Shown: positions 50,523-61,988 of the stretch, one piece after another
How the letters are laid out: the number at the start of each line of letters is the position of its first letter
How positions within the stretch are numbered: the stretch's first letter is position 1
From: Azolla caroliniana
Taxonomy: Eukaryota > Plantae > Polypodiophyta
DNA: 64,000 nucleotides
Direction: 5' to 3'
Assembly (NCBI GenBank): GCA_043228905.1
Contig: JBHGNT010000011.1
Span: forward strand, 11,594,001-11,658,000
Translations under genes and position numbers: made by a program
Notes under the pieces: model-generated
Seen by the model: the letters and a program-made list of their open reading frames with translations, nothing else
Told to the model about the DNA's origin: nothing
Databases searched by the model: none

Positions 50523-53500
50523 TTACACTGCAGGTTCTCCAACTTTGTCCCGTTCGGCGGTGAATGGGTTAGGTGGCGTAGGGCCCAGGTAAGGTTTGAG
50601 CCGAAACCCATTCACTTTTTGTCGTACTATTTCTCCAGCCAGCGTTCCTAGTTGGAACGTGCCCCGTTCCGCTCCAATTATCCAGTATGGGCCGGTCCAG
50701 CGGAAACGTAACTTCCACAGCATATGGCCCATGCGCGTTTGAAAAACTAGTACCGCTCGGCCCACGACGAACTCCTTTTCCCTTGCGCTCCGATGTCAAT
50801 CGACAAACGCTTTACGCCGTCGTTGTTCCTGTTCCAACACAGCCATGTTGTGGACGCGTTTTTCCCCTAGTTCGAGGAGTTGGTAGAGCCGTTCCTCCTC
50901 CGACTTGGCTTCTGATAATCGGTTCCGTACCTGAATGCGCAAACTAGGTACCCGAAATTCGATTGGCATCACAGCCTCTAGTCCAAACGCTAGCTGGAAC
51001 GGTGTTGACTGTATGCTTGTTTTGTAACTAGTTATGTACGCCCATAACGCACTTTGGAGTTTGGTATCCCAGTCCGTCCTATTTTCATTGACGGTTTTCT
51101 TCAAAATGGTCTGTAATGTTTTGTTCGTGGATTCTGCTAATCCATTCGCCTGCGGGTAATATGGCGTGTTCTTCTTGTGGACTACTGCGTAGTGTTGTGT
51201 TAGTTCCCGAATCACTGTATTGAGGAAGTGGCTCCCTTGGTCACTGATGAGCTCAATCGGACAGCCGAACCGGCACCAGATGTGCTCGTAAAGAAATTTG
51301 GTTGTGACGGCCGCCATATTTTCACGTAGTACCTTTGCTTCTACCCATTTGGTGCAGTAATCCGTGGCTACTAATATGTATTTGTTGCCCGTACGGGCCG
51401 CTGCTGGTGTGAAGGGCCCTACAAAATCCAATCCCCACTTTTGGAAGGGCTCTAGCGGTAATACGGGCTTGTGTGGCATCCTTGCGTCCTCCGCGGGCTG
51501 ACCCATCTGCTGGCACAAATCACACTTTCTACAATACTCGGATGCGTCCTTCTGTGTTGTTGGCCACCATAAGCCCGCCTGCCATACTTTGCGGGCTGTC
51601 ACGTTGCCCGCGTAATGGCCGCCGGCCGTGCCACAGTGTGCCTCCCGTAAAACTGCTTCCTTCTCATCCTGACGGACTCCACGTCGCCAAATGCCGTCAC
51701 TTCCTTTGTGATATAAATTTCCTTCGACGAGGCAGAAGTGACGGCTTCGGACGGCTAGCCGTTTCTTCTCGTCCGTGCGTAATTGTGGTGGAGGCAGTCC
51801 TATAGTTAAAAAGTACGTCATTTCCATAAGCCATCGGTCTGGAAAGGTGGATTCCGTTTTTTCTCCAAGTGTTGCTACTCGCCAAATGTCGGCGTCCGGA
51901 AAATCGTCGTCGTCTTTCTGTAATGTTTCGCCATTCTCAAGTCTGCTCAAAAAATCCGCCACTGCGTGTTGCGTCCCTGGTCGGTGCTGAATTACGAACT
52001 CGAATTCCTAGAGCAGGAACATCCACCGCGCCAATTTCCCTGTTAGGGCTTGTTTCTCCACCAAACCCTAAACCCTAAATGATCCACGTGGAACGTGAAT
52101 TTCCGTCCTAATAAATAGTGTCGGAATTTATTGATGTTATAGATCATCCCTAGCGCCTCCCGCTCTGTTGTGGAATAGTTACGCTCTATTGCTGACAATT
52201 TACGACTTGCGTAGTATACTGGCCTGTACCAGTTTGGTTCGGTGAGTTGCATTAGTGCGCTTCCTATTGCTATGTCCGAGGCGTCGATGAACACATGGAA
52301 TGGCTTCGCCCAAACTGGAGGTTGTACAACGGGGGCCTGTGTGAGCATTATCTTAAGTGCCTCATAGGCCTTATCCTCTGTTGCAATCCATTGGAAAGGA
52401 GTCCGATGTACAACGTGTAGTGGCGTGGCGAAGTCCGCCAAATACCGTATCATCCGACTATGCCACCGTATTTGTCCCAAGAATCGGCTAAGTGATTTGG
52501 CATTTGTCGGAGTTTTAGCTTGCGTAATAGCGGAGATCTTGTTTGGGTCGACCGCTATTCCTTCTTTGTTGACAATGTGGCCTAGGAGAGTCCCCCTGGT
52601 CATGCCGAAGGCACATTTCGCGAGATTCAGGCTTAAGCGTGCGGTGCAGCAACGTTCCAAGCACAGACGTAAGTGCGAAAAATGGTCTTTTGTTTGCCCA
52701 TATACCGCAAAATCGTCTAAAAAGACTTGCATGAACGCCGGAATGTATTCCCCAAAGATCTCCGTAATCGTTCATTGAAATGTTGCCGGCGCTGTCTTTA
52801 GCCCGAACATCATTACGACCGCCACATATACTCCCCAGTCCGTGACAAACACCGTCTTCTCCTGGTCCTCGGGGTGCATGCGTACTTGGTTATAGCCACT
52901 GAAGCCATCTAAGAAACTGTACATCTCATGGCCTGGGACGGCGTCCAGCACGCTATCGGTGAAGGGTAAGGGAAATGTGTCCGTAATGGTTATGCCGTTT
53001 AATTTTCGGTAATCTACGCATACCCGTATTTTGCCGTTTTTCTTTGGGACAACCACTATCGGGCTTAGCCATGTCGCTTGTTTAACTGGCCGTATGAACC
53101 CCGCCCTCAGCAGCTTGTCAATTTCTTCTTTCACGCGGGTCGCGTAATTGGGGTTCATGCGGTAGCGGCGCTGCTGGACAGGTTTCGCGTCAATTGCTAA
53201 ATTGATCTTATGCTGATAGAACTTGGGATCTAACCCCTTCATGTCCTCGTGAGCCCAAGCGAACACATCTTTATATTCCATGAGTAGTGCGATCATTGTG
53301 ATTCTTTGGTCCGGCCTTAATTCCTTTGCGATGGAGAGGAACTGGGGCTCCGATTCCGTACCCACATTCACTTCGTCGAGAGCGGAAGCGGTGATTCATC
53401 GTGAAATCTCCATTTCCCTTTCGAATGCCGCCCGTGCTCTGTTGAGTTCCAATATGGACTCTGGGTTTGGTTCGTACGGCTCTTCGTGCGGAACAATGGC

Positions 53501-55890
53501 CGTAGTATATTTTGCCGCAGTTGCGATGACATCTATTTCGAACAGCGGAATAATCCGAGGATGTTCGTCAAGGTACGCTTCCAATTCGGCATCCTCCACC
53601 CCAACCAACATATTTATGTCTTCCGCGTATAACAGTGTTATACCCTTAGGTTGTGGCGTGTTGCCTTCCGTAGGTACGCGAACCTTGGTGCGTCCATGCC
53701 GGAAACTAATACACTCGTGTTGCCAGCTCTACTTGATATTTGCTGTCCGAAGCCATGGTCTGCCCAGAAGCACTGGGTACGCTCATGGGGCGTCCAAAGC
53801 GAGGACGACCGCCGATATGTCGAAGCGGTGTCCGCCCACGATGATGCCTATTTTGCGAATTAGCCCCAACGGTCGCACTGAGCGGGTATCTGCCATGCGG
53901 AGCCAAAATGGACACGCCCCCCATTCGGAAATGCCTAACTGTTCGCAAGTTTTCGCGCTAATCACATTGATGCCTGAGCCGCCGTCGATTACGCATCTAG
54001 GAACTTCCTGTCCGTGCATTATTACTGTAATAGCCGAGTTGTGCTGATCCACCATCGGTGGTCCATCGCTGACGTCTGTCAGGTTTGTGGCAACGCTCGC
54101 CCCGGGCATGCCCGCCACTTTTGCTTCCATGGTTTGGCGGAAACGTGGGACTAGTTGTAGCAGTTTTTCCATAGTTAACGTGATTTCACAGCCTGCTAAC
54201 ACTTGCCAAATGGGGTCCGGCCCTGGTCTTTCGTTCTCTGTTTGCTCCATTGTGTTCGCGGACTCCTGCCGCATACATTCTGTATTGGTTGTGTTTGCTT
54301 TTTCCACCCAGGCTTGGGCTTGTCGTCGTACCTCGTCCTACGCAGCCCAATTCGCCGTTTTTGTTTGCTGGCGTGTTGTGACTTGTTGCACCTCCACCGT
54401 AATCGTATTGACGGCAGACCCCGTTCCCTTGCGTGTTGGGCATTGCGTGGCATAGTGTCCGGGTTGCTGACAAATAAAACAATGGATGCTTGATTCTCCC
54501 TTCTCAGCCCCAGGTGGTGTGTGCCGCTCTCCGGGCGCTACTTGCTCCTCGTGGTCTGGCCTCGTTTGTCGGAACGTACGCGGTGGCTGCTGTTGGTCTC
54601 GTCGTTGTTCCTGGTGCCGCTCATCCCTTGAGCTTTCGTCGTAACGCCGGTGATCCCTATATTGCCGAGGCTTACCCCGATAGCCATTGAAGCCGCCCCG
54701 TTTGTTTGTCGGGCGTTGATGTTCGTATCGCCCACCCCCTTTTGGCGTAACTCGGATGTCCACAATAATCCTCGTCCTTTGGGTCGTCCTCCTCTGACTC
54801 GTTGTGATTCCGGCGATTCCGGCGATTCCGGTTGTACCGGTCCTCCCGCGGGTTGCGATCCTTATACTGGGGTCGGTCTTCTTGCCTCCTTTGTTCCGCC
54901 CGGTGCGGTTGATGTTGTGTGTCCATGTTGCGGACCGCGGGAGTGGCTCTGTTTAACATATTGTACTCGCATTGGTCGACTGTGTGAACCTTCGAGTGGC
55001 AGATTGGGCAGTGGATTCGAATATTGCACTCCACCGCGGAATGCCCCGAGTTCAAGCAAATCGTGCACTGGATTGCTTGACGAAATTGGCGTTCCTCATC
55101 CTGAGGTAACGCTTGTCGTAAGGATGACATCGAAAACCTCTCCTCGTCATCCAACTCGAGCTGTAATGCTCCTTCAATCACCATATCCGCCATTTCCCCT
55201 TTCACGCTATTGTTGTTGAGCGTTGCCCGGATGGGCCGGCGTAACGCTGCCATAAATGTCTCCCGAGCCTCCTCCTCCGCGGGGCTTCGATCCAGTTTCC
55301 GTCGTAAATTTTAGAAACGTAAGCTGAAGTCTGCTATTGTCTCGGTCGGTAGTTGCTTAATTGTATAAAACTGCCCGAGAATCTCGCGTTGTGGAACCCT
55401 TCGATGGAAGAATCGCAAGAAAGTAGACTGCAACTGATCGAAGGTTGTTATGGCTAGTAAGTCCATCTGTGAATGCCAGAACACCGCACGCCCATCTAAT
55501 GTTAATCCTAACTCCGTCATTTTCGACTGGTGTGCCACCGTCTCGGAGAGATTCTGCGCCATGTGGTTCGCATTCCAAACATTCAAGAACATGCGAATAT
55601 GAGTTGCGGCGTCGGTTTCGCCGTTAAAGCGGGGGTAGGCAAAGGCCATAGTGGGAGTTACGGCGGATCGGAAAAGGTCACAGGGTGGCTGCGGTGAGCG
55701 TGGTCCCCGCGTCTCGTCGAGGTATTTGGGGAGCAAAGAATCCCCTTTGCACTCCCGGCAGGTAGTACTGAGGTCGCTGATGCGCGGCTTTTGCTGGGCG
55801 CGTTCTTCTGCCTAGCGTGTGACGGACCTTGTTATTGGCTGGTCTTGTCTTGTTGGTTCTTTGGGTCGTCTGTGGCTAAACATCCATTCG
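50523..55890 (-). pseudogene. Gypsy E gag-pol
   Basis: Three CCHC knuckles; protease VIDGGSGIN; RT YKDVFAW, VCVDYRKLN, FLDGFSGYNQ, VFLDD; RH IDASD, YASRKL; integrase PFQKWGLDFVGP, ISDQGSHF, YYPQANGLAE, WTGPY. Confidence 0.95.
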
Positions 55891-56381
55891 TTGTTGCTCG
55901 TCTATGAGAAAACACAGATCACCAAGCGTGCCAAAAGTGTTGCCGTTTAGGAACACGGACCGTGGTCAGTCCTTCGACCTAGACCCCAAGGTGGGTGTGG
56001 AACAACGAACAGGGTTTAAGCGTAATGCGTAAGGGGAGAACCTCTGTAATTCCTCCACGTATAAGGGAAGACGGCTACAACCGAATCCCTATCACAGGTT
56101 ACACTTACGTACTACTACGCTTAAGTATCCGAGACACCGACACTGAATTAGCCGCAACTATACACAGAAACTCAGAGAAGATAGAATTCTATTATCAGGC
56201 GTTCTTTACATTTCCAAAAATTACACACACTTCCATAAGAGGTTTTCTGCCCTTTATATATACAGGGTCTAATTAGCCGTTCACGCTTCCTGCATGAACC
56301 GTTACATGCGTTATGCTCTTATATAGTTTCTTATTCCTACGCTTTTGGCCGTCGGTTACTATTCCGACGGACAACAGACGC

Positions 56382-59334
56382 TTGTCCTTCTTGTCGGGTA
56401 GTACTAGTTTACATGTGCCACTAGGTGTGACACATGTTGCTTCTCCTCGCAATCCACACACTCTTCTTTCTTGTGGGGTCTTGTGATTGCTCGGACTATT
56501 TGTGCCCCATGCTTCAATAGTCCGCTCTAAAAATCCGAGGATTCGCCTCCGAGACTATCTCGATTCCTTTCATGATTGGCTCGCACCGTTAGGAATTGGA
56601 CCGATCTTTGGTTGTCAAGATTCTTTATTCGTGCGAAGGCTGCTCCATTATCAGACACTTTGGTCTCCATCCGAAATGATGTGATATACGATTTGATGGA
56701 AAATTAATTGACACTTTCCAAACTTCACCTCTCGGCCACAACCAAGGAAACACACGAATCGTTGTTGCAGAAAATGGGAAATGCAGAAGTAAATAAGTGG
56801 ACACACGATTTAACGTGGAAAACCCTGTACGGGAAAAACCACGGGAGTACAAGACTCCGAACCAAAACTATGCACAGAGAAATATACACTGGCGAGCTGC
56901 AAGGCGACGACCTTGAGCTCGCTGTCCTCGCCACAGGCGGCGGAAATACACAGAGGCGTCGACCTCTTCCTCTCTCACGCTCTATCTCTCTCACGGCTGC
57001 TCTCTCTTCACTCCTCTTGAGTGGAAAAACAGAAAAATGAGTAGCAACCTTAAAACTGTTTGCCCTAAGTCATATTTATACACATATGACTTTGGGGCTA
57101 TTTACAACTATAGCCTCAAGGGCCCTTGGCAAACATATTCACATATATGTCCCCGCATCCGGATCTCTCTCCGGGTACATTCGTCATCCGGCTCCGAAGC
57201 CGGGGTCTTCATCATCCGGTTCCGAAACCGCAACCGGGCTTGTCGGCATTCATCTCCGACATCCGACCATCCCATCCGAAGGGACCGTAATCCCAACACG
57301 ATTGTCCTAGGATGACAGGATGCAACGATGATTCTTGCACGAAGAAGTGTTGATCCATCTCCACATCCCCAATCGTGACTTTGACATTGGGACAAGCTCC
57401 GTACAAGTCCTCCGTAGACTTTGTTGCTGCGCGAATCTTCCATCCGTGGTTTGTATTGATTGGTCATCTTCCTTTTTTGTAGAAGTTGGTTGACATGAGG
57501 TTGATCTCTGAGCCGTGGTCGATCAAGGCTACCACGGTCTCTTTCTTCTCCCCGATCTTCACCAGCGTCTCCGTTGTCGCTCGTGCCCAATGAGGTCGAG
57601 TATAGTGGCTGTCCACCATATCTTCATCGACTTCGTCTCTTGCCATCGTTATGGCATTCGTTTTTGTTTTTTGCGGCTTCTCTTCTTCCTCGTCTGATTG
57701 TTGTCTTTTTCTTTTTACAAGGTCCACGATCCTGTCATGGAACTCCTTCTTCGTAATGCCAAGCAATTCCCTCAAGGACAAAGTCACGTGGCTATCAAGA
57801 ACACGTTCTTCGAGAATCTTCTTTATGTTCGTCATCTGCTCTATGTCCGACCTTAGCTTATAGGTAGGCATAGCCCTTGTCCTCTGAGTGGGGTCTTTGA
57901 CACCAACCTTCATGGGTCGTATGGTTTCTTCGACTCATATGCTCGGCTCTCCTTTTCGGCTTGATTCTCGTTCCTCCATTTGTAAAGCTCGACTTGTCTC
58001 CGCATCTTCCTTCTTTTTCACGTTCCTTGTTTCATGTCTTTTTGATGGGCCTTGCTCTTCTATTCTTTTTCTCTTTTCTTCGACGAACACCTCGTGGTTG
58101 TCGCACATCACCTACGTGAGTATGGTGTTGTCATCCACCGGATCCGACCATCCGGTTATACTTTGCACACTTCGATCCGCAAGATCTACTTCGTTCGAAG
58201 TGACTTTTCCCTTCTTCTCATACTCGAGAATAGAAGTCCAAAACTTTGCTCCCACTCTAGCAGCTTCAGTCTTGTCTTTCTCGACTCTTATTCGGCCGAC
58301 GCAACATAGTGCATCGCATCCACATGAGTCGCATCGGCATCCTCCATAGATTTCTTCATTCCCCCTCTTCCAAAATTCACCCGTAGGGGTCTTCGAGTTT
58401 CAGTCGAGTAGATCATGTTGTCCTCTATGTATACGATATTTTGTCGGATCGCCTCTCGAAGGCTCGCGCAATCCCTTCTCATGTGGTCCATGCTATCGCA
58501 CCACATGCATCTAAAGGGTTCTTTTCCTTTAGGGCGCCGACGATTCATGTTGGCTAGCGTGACCTTCTCGAACTTCTTCGCTAGCTCTTCAATGATGTCG
58601 TCATCAATCTTCTTTTCTTCCACGTTACTTTGTCTTGGCGGCTCAACTACTTTCAGCGGTCTTGCTTTCTCCGTGGTAGTCGATCCCGTCAAGTCGGTGT
58701 CATCAACCCATTGGCGACGCTTGTCAAGCCTATTGCATGCCCGCTTCATCGTGATCCAGTCCGCTACGAGCCCATTTGCTTGGGTATCGTCTTTGAGAAG
58801 AGTCACCAGCTCCCATCTATCCTTCATGTCCACGGCCTTCAAGAAGTACAAAGTCTTGTCCTCTTCAAGCAACACTTGGTCCATGTTGGGGAGCTGACTA
58901 AACATCTGGTCGAATTCGTCGTACACCCTCGAGGCGCTCATCTTCTTATTCTTCTTCTCTATCCACTTCATCAAGGCATGTCGAGTCATCCTCGTTGAGT
59001 CTTCAGTCGCGAACTCCGCTAGTATCGTTTTCTCGAACTCAGACCATGTTGTCTTACCTTCTTGAAGTTCGATGACGCGTCTTTGGACGTTGTTGGCGAC
59101 AATTCTCTTGAAGCTTGCGATTTGACGTGCTTCGGACACGTCCCTCTGATTCATCTCCCTTTTATATGTATCAAGGAACTTCATAACATTCCTTACATCA
59201 AATTGACCATCGAGCTATACGACACGGCCGACAACCTTCTCCAGGCTTGCATCGTTGTCTCGAGATCTCATCATTTGCTCGATGATTAGCATCATCCTTT
59301 CAAGCTCTCCCGCTTGGTTGCTTGAGGACACCAT
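56382..59334 (-). pseudogene. Gypsy F gag-protease, interrupted by a solo LTR
   Basis: ATG after the PBS; CMWCDSMDHMRRDC knuckle; YKLRSDIE; protease ALIDHGSEINLM; VILGQ|SYITSFRMET across the insert. Confidence 0.88.
56694..57298 (-). mobile_element. Solo LTR (copia-like) inserted in F
   Basis: TG...CA termini; perfect CGATT TSD (56689-56693, 57299-57303); minus strand has a GGTTTTTCCC...GGGTTTTCCACGT motif also seen in the copia A LTR. Confidence 0.9.
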
Positions 59335-61864
59335 CTCCAACTATTAATCTCGGCTTGATCCTTCCTATCGCCTCTTTCACGTCGGGTTCACCACTTAATT
59401 ATGCCGTGAAGATCCGTCACTAGGCGCGGATCGTGAGGCGGAACCACCGGGGTTTTGGACCGGAAGGATTCAAAGTCGGTACAAGCTTTAGTGACTTTCG
59501 ATTGAGAGAGATTGATTGAACTTTTATTTTTAGATTTAAGAAACAAGTTACACGATCAATTCGATAACGAATTTTCTTCTTCTTAATTTCATAACCAAAA
59601 GAGCCTAACCCTTCTTCTTTTTCATCCCTTCTTTTATAGATGCTCTCATGCATATGATGCATGTGAGGGTACAAGACATGCATAAAATGCATGTTTGCCA
59701 TTTGGCGCTCATGTATTACATGTGGTGCATGATAACCATGTCACTCATTTTAGCTCTCATGTATGAGAATTTACATGTAAAAGTACAATGATAAAAATAT
59801 AAATTCAATTAAATGTCATGGCTTAGTGGTAAGCCTATTGACTCTTAACTCCAAGGTGCAAGGTTTGAATCCTTACTTGCCTTCATTGTGTTGTATGAGT
59901 GGCTAATTTCGTTTTGGTTGGCCAAAAGTTGTATGAGTGGCTAGGCCACCTCCACTCTTAGTTCAAGTTACCTTGAACTCTCTATGCTCCATACATAAAC
60001 ACAAAAATAATAACTTTTGCTCTACGTTATATATGGTGAGAGCCTTATTCGTCTTGTCTATGTGGGATATCTCACAAATTTCTCTTTTTCTTTAGCAACT
60101 TCTTACCCACATAAGTTGACACTTAGATGTTCGTTTCTTATGTAATAAAGTGCATCTCTTCAAAATCTTTATCTTTTGTAATAAGATATTAAACTTACTT
60201 AGAATTAATATATTCACTATTATTGTTTTATATGATTGACACTTGATTTCGTACGTCTTATGTGATTTTCACACCATTGTCGAAAATCTTCACAACACCG
60301 TGGTAGTATGGCGGTCTGCATTGCGCCGAATCGTAGTGCAAGGTCGCCGAGGCATATTTGCACCATCTCATCATCATCCACATTGACGCTTATCGAGCCA
60401 AGCGAGTCGCAAAGATCCTTGATCTTCAAGGTGTAGCTTGTGATGTACAAGGAGTCACAACCGACTTAATATGAAGTAGGAGAAGGGTGCTTTATATATA
60501 GTCACCCTCTCTCTTCATTAACTAACTACAACAACTACTCTCTATTGGGGAATGTGAAGACTCATACTCATGGGGAATATGTAACTCATTAGTTATGTGT
60601 CATAGAATATGATTCTATAACACATAGTTAATGTGTAGAGAGTAGTGGTGTGACTCTTGACCTTTGAGTAATCATGGATTCTCAAAAGGTGTGTTCACAC
60701 GTTGCACTATGTTGAGCCTAATTCTCAACACTCCCAAATAAATCCAAAAGTTGTGAAAAATACATAGTCATTGTTTATTTTTATTTTTATAAAGATACTT
60801 CCCATTAGTCAGGTATAGTGCATGTACACTCCAATATGTACAACAAAAATGTAAGCATCGACATTCAAGCACATTACCCCAATATGCGTTTATCATCCTA
60901 CAGTATGTAAATTTTCAGAAAAATATTATGTACCTTCCTTGTTGCCAAGGTGGAAATAACCATTTTCGCATGCCATCAACATAATCCACCAAGGGCGATT
61001 CTTACCATGATTGTTGAAAGGAAATTCTCACAACTTCCACCATGTCTGAAGCTCCTTCGAACTCTTCATATTGAGCTCGTATTTTTGTAATGAAATCATA
61101 CCATAGAGTAGTGATTGTCTCCTTGGTCGATTTTCTTCTCCTACAAGACCTACTTTGTATCTAGATTTCCAAATGTTCCATGATGTGATAGAGGTTATGG
61201 TGAACCAAATGTCACTCAGCCTATTCGAACACCAAATTCACAAATCCCTAACTGGTTGTACAACGTTTATTTCTTTGCATACAAAACACCTTCAGCCTAC
61301 CTAAGTCTTCTGATATCCAAGCTTTCTTCTCCAATCTCCACCATAGTGAAAATCCCAAAGATATGGAGCCCTCCATCTTGCTCTTCATTAGTATTCTCAT
61401 CACTTTCGACTAAAATTCCTGTGCATGAGAGCATTCCCATAAGCAATGCTCTAGAGATTCTAGTCTTGAAGAGCACAACCTGCATTTCCCATAGTCATTG
61501 TTTAGTGTCTTCAAATTTTGACAATCCTTGAAATTTAGTACCAACTGTATCCTCCAACTCTACAATCCCCAACCATATCAACCAAGATCTCAACTTATCT
61601 TTCCCATGTCAATGCAACAATTGAGAAGAAATGAGCAATTCAATTTATACAAATTACAAAGCTCTTGAGTACTTGATTGCACTCAATTGAGAAAATATAT
61701 GGCATCTTGTCAATACTAACTAATTGTTGACTACATACAAAATGGTGAATCTTAAGAAGAATTCATGCATTAAGTAATGTCCGCCATGATGCTTGAATCT
61801 TAGTTTTTTCATGCACCAATTGTCATAGACATATGCCATAGAGGAAGGTAGGGATTGAACCCAA

Positions 61865-61940
61865 TGGCATAGAGGAAGGTAGGGATTGAATCCAAGAACT
61901 CATGGTCTCTATTGGGCAACCTTACCAATTGAGCTACATA
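61865..61940 (-). mobile_element. tRNA-derived SINE-like head
   Basis: Minus strand: A box TAGCTCAATTGG, degenerate B box GGATTCAATCCC; ~30-bp tandem duplication at 61833-61893. Confidence 0.55.
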
Positions 61941-61988
61941 TGCATCCTTACATCAAATTCAACTTCATGAAGTATAGCTTGGGGACAG

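Larger units (their letters stand above)
46938..56376 (-). mobile_element. Ty3/gypsy E (Athila/Tat-superclade-like) with an extra 3' ORF and no PPT
   Basis: 439-bp LTRs 46938-47376 and 55938-56376 (~14 substitutions by eye); perfect GACGC TSD; PBS TGGCACGCTTGGTG at 55920-55933. Confidence 0.96.
42713..60297 (-). mobile_element. Ty3/gypsy F, non-chromovirus (Phygy/Selgy-like), tRNA-Trp PBS
   Basis: LTRs 42713-43763 and 59402-60297; perfect CCGT 4-bp TSD; PBS TGGTGAACCCGACGTGAA at 59376-59393; PPT-like GGTGGGGGTGGA. Lineage name inferred from RT style. Confidence 0.92.
38420..60730 (-). mobile_element. Ty1/copia LTR retrotransposon G, host of the right nest
   Basis: 3' LTR 38420-38871; truncated 5' LTR 60449-60730; perfect CTCCC TSD (38415-38419, 60731-60735); PPT GAGGGGGCA; PBS and gag start deleted. 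Confidence 0.93.

Noticed and set aside
46938-56376. Element E being oriented on the plus strand, with the 47379 PBS as its true PBS
   Set aside because: ORFs and the LTR TATA box point to the minus strand, and the other end has a PBS rather than a PPT; D shows the same layout.
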